From the NCBI GenBank assembly GCA_965652295.1, contig CBFGTS010000001.1, positions 588,493 through 652,492 of the forward strand: a DNA stretch of 64,000 bases. Direction: 5' to 3'. The stretch comes from an uncultured Haloferula sp. (GTDB taxonomy: Bacteria; Verrucomicrobiota; Verrucomicrobiia; Verrucomicrobiales; Akkermansiaceae). Under the pieces are notes generated by a model that was not told where the DNA came from, did no database searches, and saw only the letters and a program-made list of their open reading frames with translations. The position numbers and the translations under genes were made by a program. Shown here one piece after another: positions 48,509 to 58,715 of the stretch. The first letter of the stretch is position 1, and each line of letters opens with the position of its first letter.

Positions 48509-51010
48509 TCAGTCTGTTTTGGTGGGTGCGGTGAAGGTGGTCGCGGTGCCCGTATAACGAATGACGGCGTCCGGTTTCTCGGTCTCCTTCGAGCCTGTGC
48601 CGCGATCTTCTGAAACGAGGATCACCCGGAATGTCCGTTGCTTCGCCATTCCCGGGAAGGCGCCTCTGCGCGCGCCGAGGGTAAGGGTTTTCGTCTCCTT
48701 ATTCCAAGCGATGGGAATCGTGGCGAAGGCTCCCTTTTCGTAGCCATAGCCATCGCCCTCGTCTTCATAGAAGGTGAACGTGCCATCCGCTCCGGGATAG
48801 ACGCGCAATTCGATGGGAGCGTCCGGCTTTTCGCCGGTGAATTGCTGGTGCGGCCCCATCGGCACGATGCTGCCGGACTTCACGAAGAGCGGAATCTGCG
48901 AGAGCGGTGCCTCGGCCTGGATGGTCTGGCCGCCGGAGTGCTGCCGGCCGCTCCAGAAATCGATCCAAGCCGCACCCTCCGGCAGGTAAACCTCGCGCGC
49001 TTCAGGTGCGTCCTCGATCGGCTGGGAGTCGGGCCCGTAATGTTGCGGCGCGAGAACCGGAGCGACCATGAAGGCGTCGCCGACGAGGAACTGCGTCTTC
49101 AGGTCGTGTGTCTTTTCATCCTCCGGGAAGGCGAATGCCAACGGACGCAGGAACATGTCGTCGTTGAGCGAAACGCGGCCGGCCAGTGAATAGAAGTAAG
49201 GGAGCAAGCGGTAGCGCAGGTCGATGGAGGCGAGGACCGCGTCGTAAAATGGAGTGCCCGGTTCGCCGAAGCGCCATGGCTCGCGTGGTGTGTCGGTGCC
49301 GTGGCTGCGGAACATCGGCAGGAAGACACCGGCTTGCAGCCAGCGGGTGTAGAGTTCGCGATAGCCGAGGTCTTCGCACCCCTGGTTGTATTGTCCTTTC
49401 CAGAACCATTGGGTTTTGGACGCCACGAAGAATGCCCCGATATCCATGGTGATGTGGGGATAGCCCGCCGCGCTGATGCTTTGCAGCGCCACCAGCTGCT
49501 GGGCCAGGGTATCCCAGCTTGCGGTGGTGTCTCCCGTCCAGAGCATGGCGCCGGTACGCTGGCCACCCGCATAGCCGGAGCGGGTGAGGTTGAGGACGCG
49601 TTTGTCGGGCATGTCCTCGCGCTGGTTTTCGGAGATTCCGACGGCGTCCATCAGGCCGTAGGCGTTCAGGATCTGGGGATCGACGACTTTCGCCAGGCCG
49701 GCGATGTTGGCGGCGTCCGCATCCGCAGGGCGGTCCTTCTTCCAATCCGCATTTTCGGGCTCCGTGGAATCGCACCACCAACCGTCCATGCCGTGCTGGC
49801 CGAAGGGTTCCCAGGCCACGGTCTTCCAATAGAGTTCGCGCGACTTCGGGTCGAAGGGGTTGAAGTTCGCCGAGCCTGCCAGCATGTAGCCGGCCTCTTT
49901 GAGTGCCTTGCCCGCCACCGATTGGTCGCTCGGGTTCGGCCAGATCGAGATCATCACGTGAGCGTTCAGATCGTGAATCTCACGCGTCATCTTCGCGATG
50001 TTGGGGTAGCGTTTCTTGTCCACGTCTCCGCCCCATTGCAGCCAGTAGTTCCAGTCCTGAACGATGACATCGAGCGGGATCTCGCGCTTGCGGAACTCCT
50101 TCACGGTGTCGATCAGCTCTTCCTGCGTCTTGTAGCGCTCCTTCGACTGCACGTAGCCGTAGGCCCAGCGGGGCAGCATGGACGCCGCGCCCGTGAGCTG
50201 GCGGTAGCCGGCCACGGCCCCGTCCATGTCGGGTCCGTAGATGAAATAATAGTCGAGGTCGTCGATGACATCGAAGCTCATTGAACCGCCCTCGGGACCG
50301 TCGGCGAAAGTCATCGCGGAGTAGGCATCGAAGAGCAGCCCGTAGCCGCGGGTGGAAACCAGCGAGGGAACCAGAATGCGCAGGTTGTGCTGATAGAGCC
50401 GTTTGGCGGTTCCCCGCAGGTTGAGGTCGGAGGTTTCATCGAATCCAAGACCATAGAGCGCCTCGTCGTCGGAGAAATCGAACGAGACGGTGCCCTTCCA
50501 TGCTTCGCGGTCCTTGCCCTGGACGTATTTCCCGACGATCTCGCGCTCGCCGTCCACGGTCTGCACCTTTTTCACGGTGGCGGGATCGGCGATCGATTTG
50601 ATGACGTCCACTTTCTCAAGTGCGCGCGGATCCCGGCGATCTTCCGCGAGGAGCGGTTTGCCCTCCGGAGTGAAATACGAGACCGCCTCGGTGGCGCGGT
50701 CGATGCGGACGACGAGTTGATCCGACTTCAGGTCGATGAAACCGTCCTTCTCCTCCACCTCGATCTCGCCGGGGGATTCCTCGACGGGGACCCGCATCAG
50801 GCTCTCTTTGTCGGACCACTGGTCGTTCCGCGTGACGCGCACGCGGGCGATGCGGCCGGTGACGAACCGGACCTGCAAATGGCCATCAGAAAGGGTGAGG
50901 GTGGCTCCGTCGGCGAGCGGATCGACCTTTTCTACCTTCGCGAGGAGACTGGGCGAAAGGCTGCAAGCGATGCAGGCGGTGAGCGGGAGCGAGAAAAGAT
51001 TTCTTCTCAT
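48509..51010 (-). CDS. GH31 glycoside hydrolase (alpha-xylosidase-like)
   Basis: PLDVIVQDW, WWCDSTEPE nucleophile region, WTGD, DIGAF, FRSHG, LRYRLLPY. Confidence 0.93.
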   Translation of the reverse strand: MRRNLFSLPLTACIACSLSPSLLAKVEKVDPLADGATLTLSDGHLQVRFVTGRIARVRVTRNDQWSDKESLMRVPVEESPGEIEVEEKDGFIDLKSDQLVVRIDRATEAVSYFTPEGKPLLAEDRRDPRALEKVDVIKSIADPATVKKVQTVDGEREIVGKYVQGKDREAWKGTVSFDFSDDEALYGLGFDETSDLNLRGTAKRLYQHNLRILVPSLVSTRGYGLLFDAYSAMTFADGPEGGSMSFDVIDDLDYYFIYGPDMDGAVAGYRQLTGAASMLPRWAYGYVQSKERYKTQEELIDTVKEFRKREIPLDVIVQDWNYWLQWGGDVDKKRYPNIAKMTREIHDLNAHVMISIWPNPSDQSVAGKALKEAGYMLAGSANFNPFDPKSRELYWKTVAWEPFGQHGMDGWWCDSTEPENADWKKDRPADADAANIAGLAKVVDPQILNAYGLMDAVGISENQREDMPDKRVLNLTRSGYAGGQRTGAMLWTGDTTASWDTLAQQLVALQSISAAGYPHITMDIGAFFVASKTQWFWKGQYNQGCEDLGYRELYTRWLQAGVFLPMFRSHGTDTPREPWRFGEPGTPFYDAVLASIDLRYRLLPYFYSLAGRVSLNDDMFLRPLAFAFPEDEKTHDLKTQFLVGDAFMVAPVLAPQHYGPDSQPIEDAPEAREVYLPEGAAWIDFWSGRQHSGGQTIQAEAPLSQIPLFVKSGSIVPMGPHQQFTGEKPDAPIELRVYPGADGTFTFYEDEGDGYGYEKGAFATIPIAWNKETKTLTLGARRGAFPGMAKQRTFRVILVSEDRGTGSKETEKPDAVIRYTGTATTFTAPTKTD

Positions 51011-51043
51011 GAATGATCGGGTGACGTCGGAAGTCGGGCGACC

Positions 51044-51481
51044 TCACGCCGTGACGGGTGTGACGCCCTTCTTGAGGATGATGTTGCCGTATTTCGCGAG
51101 TTCGCCGGTCATGACGACGGCGAAAGCCTGCTTGGCGCGTTCGTAGAACGCGAAACGGTCGATGAGGTCCGGGTCGGGTGCCGAAGGCGAGTGGCTGCGA
51201 ATCGACCGGAGGTAGCGCTTGCCGACTTCGGGATCGAGCGTGTCGCCCTCCACGGCGTCCATCATGACGATGGGATCGGGAACGTAGGCATCGAGTTCGA
51301 AGAGCGGAAGGATCGCATCGAGCAGCGGCACGATTTCGAGCCCGTCGGCGCGGATGATGCGGTCGTTGAAGGACTCTCCGGGAAAGTGCGCGTCGGCGAG
51401 TACGATCTCATCGCCGTGCCCCATGCGGTGGAGCGTGGCGAGGAGTTCTGGTGAAAGGAGGGGTGAGATACCTTTGAGCAT
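51044..51481 (-). CDS. fucU: L-fucose mutarotase (RbsD/FucU family)
   Basis: [30 protein letters not shown] ... [10 protein letters not shown]. Confidence 0.95.
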   Translation of the reverse strand: MLKGISPLLSPELLATLHRMGHGDEIVLADAHFPGESFNDRIIRADGLEIVPLLDAILPLFELDAYVPDPIVMMDAVEGDTLDPEVGKRYLRSIRSHSPSAPDPDLIDRFAFYERAKQAFAVVMTGELAKYGNIILKKGVTPVTA

Positions 51482-51494
51482 CGGAACGGGTGGG

Positions 51495-52826
51495 TTAGAT
51501 CTTCGCCGCTTCCTCGCCGTGCTCGTGGTGGATCCGGTAGGTCCGGATTCCGTAGATGGCGATGACAATGAAGCAGATCAGCGGCAGGACGAAAGAGACG
51601 CGGGTCGGGGATAGGAAATCGATCTGCTGGTCCATGATCCAACCTTGCATCGGCGGCATCAGGCAGCCGCCTCCGATTGCCATGATCAGACCGGCGGAAC
51701 CGAGTTTGGCGTCATCGCCGAGGCCATCGAGCGCGATGCCGTAGATCGTGGGGAACATCAGCGACATGCACGCGGAGATCCCGACGAGGCAGTAAAGGCC
51801 TGTCATCCCCTGGATGAAGATGGTGCCGAGGGTGAGCAGTGCTCCACCGATGGCGAGGCCGAAGAGCAGACGGCCGGGGCTGAAGTATTTCAGCATGTAG
51901 GTGCAGATGAAGCGCGAGGAGACGAAGATGATCATGGCGATCATGTTGTAGCCTTGGGCGGTCTCGGCGGTGAGGCCGAGTTCGTTGACGCCGTATTGGA
52001 TGATGAAGGTCCAGCACATGATCTGGGCACCGACGTAGAAGGCTTGGGCAATGACACCTTCGAGGTAGCGCTTGTTGGTGAAGAGGCGCTTGAGGGTGGG
52101 GCCGGCGTTGATCGAGCGGTCGTCCTCGCCCGCCACCTTCGGGAGCTTGGCGAGGGCGAAGACGAAGAGCACGCCGAGCACGACGAGCCCGAGAATGGTG
52201 TAGGGGCCAATGATGACGCCGAGGTCACTTTCCTGGAGCCGTGCGAACTCGTCGGGCGCGGTCTCGAACATCGCCCGGCGTTCTTCCTCGGTGGATTTGT
52301 CGAGCTTTGCGAGAATGAAGGTTTTCGCGATGAACATCCCGGTGAGCGAGCCGAGCGGATTGAAGGCCTGGGCGAAGTTGAGGCGGCGGGTGGCGGTTGC
52401 TTCATCGCCCATCGACAGGATGTAGGGATTGGCGCTCGTTTCGAGGAACGAGAGGCCGCAGGTCATGATGAAGTAGGCGATGAGAAACGCCCAGAAGGCC
52501 ATCATGTTGCCTGCGGGGATGAAGAGCAGACAGCCGGCGGCATAGAGGGTGAGGCCGGTAAGGATGCCGAACTTGTAGGAGAAGCGCTTGATGAGCAGCG
52601 CGGCCGGAATCGCCATGAAACAGTAGCCTCCGTAGAACGCGAACTGGACCAGGGAACTCTCGAAGTTGCTGATGAGCAGGATGTTCTTGAACGCCGCCAC
52701 CATCGGGTTGGTGATGTCGTTCGCGAAGCCCCAGAGGGAAAAGAGGCTGGTGACCAGAATGAACGGAAGGAGGAATCCCGCGGGAATCACCCGTGGGACG
52801 CCGCTCGAAGAGTTGGCGCGATGCAT
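51495..52826 (-). CDS. fucP: L-fucose:H+ symporter (MFS)
   Basis: [43 protein letters not shown]; about 12 TM segments. Confidence 0.92.
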   Translation of the reverse strand: MHRANSSSGVPRVIPAGFLLPFILVTSLFSLWGFANDITNPMVAAFKNILLISNFESSLVQFAFYGGYCFMAIPAALLIKRFSYKFGILTGLTLYAAGCLLFIPAGNMMAFWAFLIAYFIMTCGLSFLETSANPYILSMGDEATATRRLNFAQAFNPLGSLTGMFIAKTFILAKLDKSTEEERRAMFETAPDEFARLQESDLGVIIGPYTILGLVVLGVLFVFALAKLPKVAGEDDRSINAGPTLKRLFTNKRYLEGVIAQAFYVGAQIMCWTFIIQYGVNELGLTAETAQGYNMIAMIIFVSSRFICTYMLKYFSPGRLLFGLAIGGALLTLGTIFIQGMTGLYCLVGISACMSLMFPTIYGIALDGLGDDAKLGSAGLIMAIGGGCLMPPMQGWIMDQQIDFLSPTRVSFVLPLICFIVIAIYGIRTYRIHHEHGEEAAKI

Positions 52827-52854
52827 GGTTTTTGGATGGATAGGTGGCGGAAAT

Positions 52855-53874
52855 TTAAAGCGAGATCATGGCCTTGATGACGCCCGTCTCCGGGTTCGTC
52901 CATGACGGAAAGAGGTCGGGAATTTCCTCGAAGCCGCCGCGGTGGGTGATCCACGGGGTGGTGTCGATGCGGCCGGACTCGATGAGTTCGATGATCCGCG
53001 GGAAGTCGGCGGGATGGGCGTTGCGGCTGGCCAGCAGGGTCAGCTCGCGTTTGTGGAAGTTCGGGTCGTTGAAGGTGACCTCGCCCTGGAACAGGCCGAC
53101 GAAGACGAGCCGGCCGCCGTGCGCGGGGTAGTCGAAGGAGGCCATCATGGAGCGCGGGCTGCCGGTGGCGTCGAAGACCGCGGTGGGCATGTCGCCGCCT
53201 GTGATCTCGACCAAGCGTTCGAGCACGTTTTCGTTCGCGCCGTTGATGGCGTGGGGAACACCGAGCTGGCTTTGGCAGAAGGCGATGCGGGCGTCGTTGA
53301 TGTCGAGCACGATGACCTGCGCGCCCTTTTCCAAGGCGAACTGCATCGTCGCGAGACCGATCGGGCCGGCACCGATGACGAGGGCGAACTCGCCGGTTTC
53401 GAGCGCCGCGCGTTCCACCGCATGAGCACCGATGCCGAGTGGCTCGACGAGCGCGAGCTGGTCGTATCCGAGCGTGGCGGACGGATGAAGCTTGCGGGCG
53501 GGGACGAGGAATTCCTCGCGCATCCCGCCATCGCTGTGCACGCCGATGACCTGCATATGGGTGCAGCAGTTGCCGCGGCCGCGGCGGCAGGCGATGCAGG
53601 TACGGCAATTGACGTAGGGCTCGAGCGAGCAGCGGTCGCCGGGTTTCACGTTCGTGACGTCATCGCCGGTTGCGATCACTTCCAGACCGAGTTCGTGGCC
53701 GAGGATGCGCGGGTAAGTGAAGAAGGGCTGCTTTCCGGAAAACGCATGGATGTCGGTGCCGCAGATGCCGATCCGGTGGACGCGCACCAGGGCTTCGTCG
53801 GGACCGGGGGCGGCCGGGCGGGAGAGAGTGGCGAAGCCGAGTTTCCCCGGCTTTTCGAGAGCGACGGCTTTCAC
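52855..53874 (-). CDS. Zinc-binding alcohol dehydrogenase (L-galactonate 5-dehydrogenase/YjjN-like)
   Basis: GICGTD, YPRILGHE, C..C..C.......C, GAGPIG, FHKRELTLLASRNA. GTG start overlaps the upstream stop (GTGA). Confidence 0.88.
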   Translation of the reverse strand: MKAVALEKPGKLGFATLSRPAAPGPDEALVRVHRIGICGTDIHAFSGKQPFFTYPRILGHELGLEVIATGDDVTNVKPGDRCSLEPYVNCRTCIACRRGRGNCCTHMQVIGVHSDGGMREEFLVPARKLHPSATLGYDQLALVEPLGIGAHAVERAALETGEFALVIGAGPIGLATMQFALEKGAQVIVLDINDARIAFCQSQLGVPHAINGANENVLERLVEITGGDMPTAVFDATGSPRSMMASFDYPAHGGRLVFVGLFQGEVTFNDPNFHKRELTLLASRNAHPADFPRIIELIESGRIDTTPWITHRGGFEEIPDLFPSWTNPETGVIKAMISL

Positions 53875-54554
53875 GATGAGGTTGAGGAGGTTTGGAAAAG
53901 GATGGCGCGGCAGGGCGAGCCGGAGAAGCCGGGCAGGTGGAGGGGGAGAGCCTGGAAGAAGGCATCTTTGGCGAACTCCAGCCAGCCGTCGGGAAACGAG
54001 ACTTCCTCGATGACCCAGACGCCGGCGGAGAGGAGGATCTCGTGGGTGCGGGTGTTCTCGACCTCGTCCATGCCGCCGATGGAAAAGTGGTCGATGCCGA
54101 TGGCGCGGATGCCGCGATCGACGAGCCACCGGGCACCGGATGGCGCGAGGTAGGGGGACTGGTAGAGCCATTCGTGGGTGGCTGCGCGCTTGCGGCCCCA
54201 GCCGGTCTCTAACAAAACAATGCGGTCTCCGAGTTCGAGTCCGGCGCAGGCGGATTCGAGGAGGGAGGAATCGATGGGCGTGGAAGCGGAGACGCGGTCC
54301 CTGAAATCGAGGCCGACGGGGATGCCGATGAAGGCGTCGAGCGGGATCTGGTCGATGGATTTGCCGCCGGCGATTTTATGCAGCGGGGCATCGAGGTGGG
54401 TCCCGGTGTGGGAGGCCATGTGGAACTCTTCCATCCGCCAACCGTCCGCGGGGTGGTCGGCCACGACCGGCAGCGAGACCGGCGGATGGACCGGGCAATT
54501 CGGCGTGCCATCCGACAAGGGCATCGACAGATCGAGGATGCGGGGCGGCGTCAT
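53871..54554 (-). CDS. Cyclase-family (kynurenine formamidase-like) metal hydrolase
   Basis: HTGTHLDAP.H, GIDHFS, H..LL..GV..IE, GSPCRA. Confidence 0.92.
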   Translation of the reverse strand: MTPPRILDLSMPLSDGTPNCPVHPPVSLPVVADHPADGWRMEEFHMASHTGTHLDAPLHKIAGGKSIDQIPLDAFIGIPVGLDFRDRVSASTPIDSSLLESACAGLELGDRIVLLETGWGRKRAATHEWLYQSPYLAPSGARWLVDRGIRAIGIDHFSIGGMDEVENTRTHEILLSAGVWVIEEVSFPDGWLEFAKDAFFQALPLHLPGFSGSPCRAILFQTSSTSS

Positions 54555-54557
54555 GAG

Positions 54558-56219
54558 TCAGCGCAGGGTGATCTTGTAGACGATGGCGGCATCGGCAGCG
54601 GGCGCGCGGTTGGGCGGCTTGATATCAAGCGTGCTGTCCGTTTGCGACCACGTGACTTTGGTGGAGGAGCCGAGCAGGACGACCGAAATGACTTCCGGTC
54701 CCTCCTTCGAGCCGAGGGATTTCAGGGACAGGGCCTTTTCCGGCACGCCGAGGACGATGGCGTAGAGATCACCGCCCTTGGTGGTGTAGCGGACATCTTC
54801 GGCGGTGAAAGGTTTGCCTTTGCCCTCGTTGAACCCCTGGGCGTTGAGCGGGACGCCGTCGCTGGCGGGACCTTCGCCGAAAGTTTTCCAAGGACGCGTC
54901 TCGAAGATCGCCTCTTGGTTCACGTCCATCCAGTCGGCGATGCCTTCGAGGATTTCCTCCTCCTTTTCATCGATCGAGCCATCGCCGCGGACGGGGACGT
55001 TGAGGAGCAGGTTGCCGTTCTTGCTGACGATGTCGGCCAGCATGTGGATGACGGTTTTCGCGCTTTTGTAGTGTCCGCGTTCATAGACGCCGCGGTCGTA
55101 GTGCCAGCCGCCGATGCAGGTGTCGGTTTGCCAGGCGTGAGGCAGGGTCCGGTCCGGCACGCCGCGCTCGATGTCCCAGGTCAGGCATTCGAGCTGGTCG
55201 TCGTTGAGGACTTTGCCGAAAAGCACGCCGGTGCTCTTGCCGCCGGTCTTGGCGAGGTTCGTGTTGTAGAAATCCGCGGCGAGCTTGAGCCCGGCGTCGC
55301 TGACGGGCCACAGCGGCAGCGCGGTGTCGTCGAAATAGAGGAGATCCGGCTGGTATTTGCGGACCAGCTCGGCGGTGCGGTCGTAGAAGTTCTGGCAGTA
55401 GGCGAAATCCGGCTGGGAGACGCCACCGCCCCAGTTCCAACGGGAGTGGACGCTGCCGGCGTTCAGGAAATTCGGGCTCGGCTCGTGGTTCTGGGCGTAG
55501 AGGTCCTGGGGATCGAGCCCCTCCCACCAAGTTCCCTTGCCGTCGGCTTCGGTCAGCTTGCCGTCGTAGGGCACGCCGGCTTTGTCACCTTTCTGGTCGG
55601 CTCCCTGGGCCGGCTCATACCACGACCACGCATGGGCGGCATGCACGCTGACGCCGAAGGGAAGCCCGTGCTTGCGGGCCGCTTTCGCCCAGCCATCGAT
55701 GATGTTCTTTTTCGGGCCGACATCGACGGAGTTCCACGGCTGGTGGGAGCTGTCCCACATGTCGAGGTTGTCGTGGTGGTTGGCCATCGCGAAGAAATAG
55801 CGGGCCCCGACCCGCTTGTAGAGGGAGACGAGTTTCTCGGGATCCCACTTTTCCGCTTTCCACCGGTGGATCACATCCTTGAAGCCGAACTCGGAGGGAT
55901 GACCGTAGTGCTCGCAGTGGAAGTTGTATTTCCAGTCCCCCTCAAGATACATGTGGCGCGCGTACCAATCCCCGACTTCCGGTTCGCATTGCGGGCCCCA
56001 GTGAGCCCAGATGCCGAACTTGGCGTCACGGAACCAGTCGGGAGCCTCGTACTGCCGGAGCGAATCCCAGGTCGGCTCGAACTTACCCTCGGCGACAGGT
56101 TCGGTTCCGGTATCGACGATGACCGCGGGCTCCGCGTCGATCGGAATGCTCTCCGCGTGGGTGGTGGCCACGAGGCAGGGAAAAAGGGCTGCGGTGAGCA
56201 GGAGGGTGTGCTGGGTCAT
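54558..56219 (-). CDS. GH29 alpha-L-fucosidase
   Basis: WFRDAKFGIWAHWGPQ, ANHHDN.D.WDS, LYFDD, DIVSKNGNLLLNVP. Paralog of the GH29 domain at 23858-27523. Confidence 0.93.
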   Translation of the reverse strand: MTQHTLLLTAALFPCLVATTHAESIPIDAEPAVIVDTGTEPVAEGKFEPTWDSLRQYEAPDWFRDAKFGIWAHWGPQCEPEVGDWYARHMYLEGDWKYNFHCEHYGHPSEFGFKDVIHRWKAEKWDPEKLVSLYKRVGARYFFAMANHHDNLDMWDSSHQPWNSVDVGPKKNIIDGWAKAARKHGLPFGVSVHAAHAWSWYEPAQGADQKGDKAGVPYDGKLTEADGKGTWWEGLDPQDLYAQNHEPSPNFLNAGSVHSRWNWGGGVSQPDFAYCQNFYDRTAELVRKYQPDLLYFDDTALPLWPVSDAGLKLAADFYNTNLAKTGGKSTGVLFGKVLNDDQLECLTWDIERGVPDRTLPHAWQTDTCIGGWHYDRGVYERGHYKSAKTVIHMLADIVSKNGNLLLNVPVRGDGSIDEKEEEILEGIADWMDVNQEAIFETRPWKTFGEGPASDGVPLNAQGFNEGKGKPFTAEDVRYTTKGGDLYAIVLGVPEKALSLKSLGSKEGPEVISVVLLGSSTKVTWSQTDSTLDIKPPNRAPAADAAIVYKITLR

Positions 56220-56287
56220 GAGTCGGCTGGGTTCGTGGGTTTCGGGCGGGAACGGCGGTGGGCGCGCGGTCCGGGGATCAAGGTCCG

Positions 56288-56350
56288 ATGGTAGCGGACG
56301 CAGCGAGGCTGTGAATGGTCCGAATTGACGAATGGATGGATATTTTAGAC
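56288..56350 (-). promoter_or_regulatory. Putative AraC-activated promoter of the fucose operon
   Basis: Direct repeat ATGG-N8-GAC at 56315-29 and 56336-50 (21-bp period). Minus-strand TACCAT -10-like hexamer at 56288-93; the proximal repeat abuts the -35 position. Confidence 0.5.
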
Positions 56351-56359
56351 TTCTCGGTC

Positions 56360-57244
56360 ATGACGAATCAGGTGAGGCCCGCGTTCATTTCTCCCGCCAC
56401 CCGGGAGGGGAAATACCTGTTTCTCGACCTCCATCCGCCCGCCGGTGAGGAGCTGGTGCTGGTGGGCGCGGGGCGCGAGCTGTGCACGCCGGACTACCGC
56501 ATCGACCGCCGGGGTTTCATGTATCACACCGTGGAATTCGTTCTGGGCGGGAACTGGGAGGTCAGGCACCGGGGGCGGCAGGTACCGATGGGCCCGGGGG
56601 CGGTGTTCGCGTACGGACCGGAGACGTCCTATTCGCTGGAGGCGCGCGAGGGGCCGGAAAGGATCAAGTATTTCATGAACTTCACGGGCGGCGCGGCGGA
56701 ACGCTGGATCACCGAGGCCCGGCTCCAGCATTGCGCGGTCCGGCGGGTGCGGCAAACCCGGTGGATTCATGACTTGTTCGAGCAGTTGCTGGATGGCGCG
56801 CTGCTGGAGGATCCGGAGGTTCGGGAGATCGGCACGCGGCTCATGGAGCTGATCTTGTGGCGGCTCCGGACGGACGCTTGGCCGATGGACGAACGTCGCA
56901 CGGATGGGCGGGAAACTTTCGAGCGCTGCCGCGCTTTCATCCACGATCATTACCTTGAGGTCAGTTCGGTGGCGGAGGTGGCGGATGGCTGCCATGTGAA
57001 CCCGGCGTACCTGGCGCGGCTTTTCAAACGGTTCGGGGGTGAACGCCCGCTGCAGATGCTGACCCGGCTGAAGACGCGTCACGCGGCGGATTTGATCCTG
57101 CGCCGGGGATTCGGGGTAGGGGAGGCCGGGCAGGTCGTGGGTTTCGCCGATCCCTACCATTTCTCCCGGGTCTTCAAGCGCGTGCACGGCGTACCACCGG
57201 GAAGTTTGCGCACGGGCCGCACGAACGGGGGGGGAAGTGGTTAG
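56360..57244 (+). CDS. AraC-family transcriptional regulator
   Basis: Cupin-like N-domain. C-terminal double HTH: YLARLFKR...VGFADPYHFSRVFKRVHGVPP. Divergent from the fucose operon. Confidence 0.94.
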   Translation: MTNQVRPAFISPATREGKYLFLDLHPPAGEELVLVGAGRELCTPDYRIDRRGFMYHTVEFVLGGNWEVRHRGRQVPMGPGAVFAYGPETSYSLEAREGPERIKYFMNFTGGAAERWITEARLQHCAVRRVRQTRWIHDLFEQLLDGALLEDPEVREIGTRLMELILWRLRTDAWPMDERRTDGRETFERCRAFIHDHYLEVSSVAEVADGCHVNPAYLARLFKRFGGERPLQMLTRLKTRHAADLILRRGFGVGEAGQVVGFADPYHFSRVFKRVHGVPPGSLRTGRTNGGGSG

Positions 57245-57290
57245 CGAAAGGCGTTGCGGGCACTTCGGACCGGGGCCTAGCCTCCGACCC

Positions 57291-58595
57291 GTGAGAGTTC
57301 GCCTGTTTTGCCTGCTGCTGGTGGGGGCTGTCCCGGCCGGGGTTTCCCGCGCGGAGGTGGCGGAGGATGTGAGGATGATTCCCGTGGGCGAGGGCTGGGC
57401 AAAGAACTCGGTGAACGCGGTGGTTTTCCGGACGAGCACCACCTCCCACGCCGGGTTCCAGTTCACGTCCTACTACGATGAGGAGGGCTACGTGGTGCTG
57501 GCGAAGCGGAAGCACGGCTCGACGGAATGGGAAGTACGGCGGACCCGGTATCAGGGAAATGTCAGGGACGCCCATAATGCGATCTCGATCGGTGTGGACG
57601 GCAGCGGCGTGATCCACGTTTCCTGGGATCACCACAATCACCCGCTTCGTTATGCCAGGGGCGTGGCTCCCGGAAGCCTGGAGCTGACCGATAAGCTGCC
57701 GATGACCGGACGCCATGAGGCCCAGGTGACTTATCCGCAGTTCTACCGGCTGGCGGATGGAGACCTGCTCTTTCTGTATCGGGACGGGGCCTCGGGCCGC
57801 GGCGATGCAATGCTCAACCGCTACTCGGTCAAAACCGGTGAATGGAAGGCCGTGCAGCATCCGCTGATTTCCGGCGAGGGGCGGCGGAATCCGTATTTGA
57901 ACACGATGGCGGTGGATGCCCGGGGTGGCGTCCACGTGTCCTGGGTGTGGCGTGAGTCGCCGGACGTCGCGTCGAACCACGATCTTTGCTACGCCTTTTC
58001 GCCGGATGGCGGCGTGACGTGGACGGACTCGAAGGGAGCGGAGTTGAAGCTGCCGATCACCGAATCGACGGCGGAGGTCGCGTGGCGGATTCCGCAAGGA
58101 CGCGAGCTGATCAACCAGACCTCGATGGCGGCGAGCCTTTCAGGAGATCCGGTGATCGCGAGCTACTGGACGGAGTCGGACTCGGCCGCGCCGCAATACC
58201 GCGTGGTGTGGCGGGAGCGCGGGCGTTGGCGGTCGGCCCGCGTCGGCGAGCGGGAGGGGAAATTCAGCCTCAGTGGCGGCGGCACCAAACGGATTCCGAT
58301 TTCCCGTCCGCAGGTGGTGGCGGGAAAAGGAGGCGAGCTGCGGGTCATCTTCCGCGACGAGGAGCGTGGCGGACGCGTTACGGCCGCGGTTTCGAAAAGT
58401 CTGGGTTACCGGAATTGGGAACTGGTGGATCTTACCGAGGAAAGCGTCGGCTCGTGGGAACCGACCTTGGATATGGAGCGGTGGCGGACGGAAGGGGTGC
58501 TCGACGTGTTTGTTCAACGCGTCGGTCAAGGCGATGGCGAAGGCCTCGAAGACCTGCCGCCACAGCAGGTATCGATCCTGGAGTGGCGGCCGTGA
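57291..58595 (+). CDS. BNR-4 beta-propeller protein resembling GH145/PL42 (rhamnose-glucuronate lyase/rhamnosidase) (start uncertain)
   Basis: SVNAVVFR, DAHNAISIGVD, SWDHH, TYPQF, SWVWRE, NHDLCYA, LINQTSM, GGGTKRIP and QGDGE match, from recall, the Bacteroides BT3686-type family. Confidence 0.75.
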   Translation: MRVRLFCLLLVGAVPAGVSRAEVAEDVRMIPVGEGWAKNSVNAVVFRTSTTSHAGFQFTSYYDEEGYVVLAKRKHGSTEWEVRRTRYQGNVRDAHNAISIGVDGSGVIHVSWDHHNHPLRYARGVAPGSLELTDKLPMTGRHEAQVTYPQFYRLADGDLLFLYRDGASGRGDAMLNRYSVKTGEWKAVQHPLISGEGRRNPYLNTMAVDARGGVHVSWVWRESPDVASNHDLCYAFSPDGGVTWTDSKGAELKLPITESTAEVAWRIPQGRELINQTSMAASLSGDPVIASYWTESDSAAPQYRVVWRERGRWRSARVGEREGKFSLSGGGTKRIPISRPQVVAGKGGELRVIFRDEERGGRVTAAVSKSLGYRNWELVDLTEESVGSWEPTLDMERWRTEGVLDVFVQRVGQGDGEGLEDLPPQQVSILEWRP

Positions 58596-58715
58596 GTTTC
58601 CTCAAGGTTCAAGGCAGGGCCGCAACCGGAGACATATCCGTGATATCGAGGAGAGATCGAGTTTGTGCTGGACGGGTTACGCGATGGGCTTCCGAATCCA
58701 TCCATCTTGCGGAAT

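Noticed and set aside
53875..54171. Long N-terminal extension of the Zn-dehydrogenase
   Set aside because: It overlaps the cyclase gene in another frame. The GTG at 53874 gives the normal family start.
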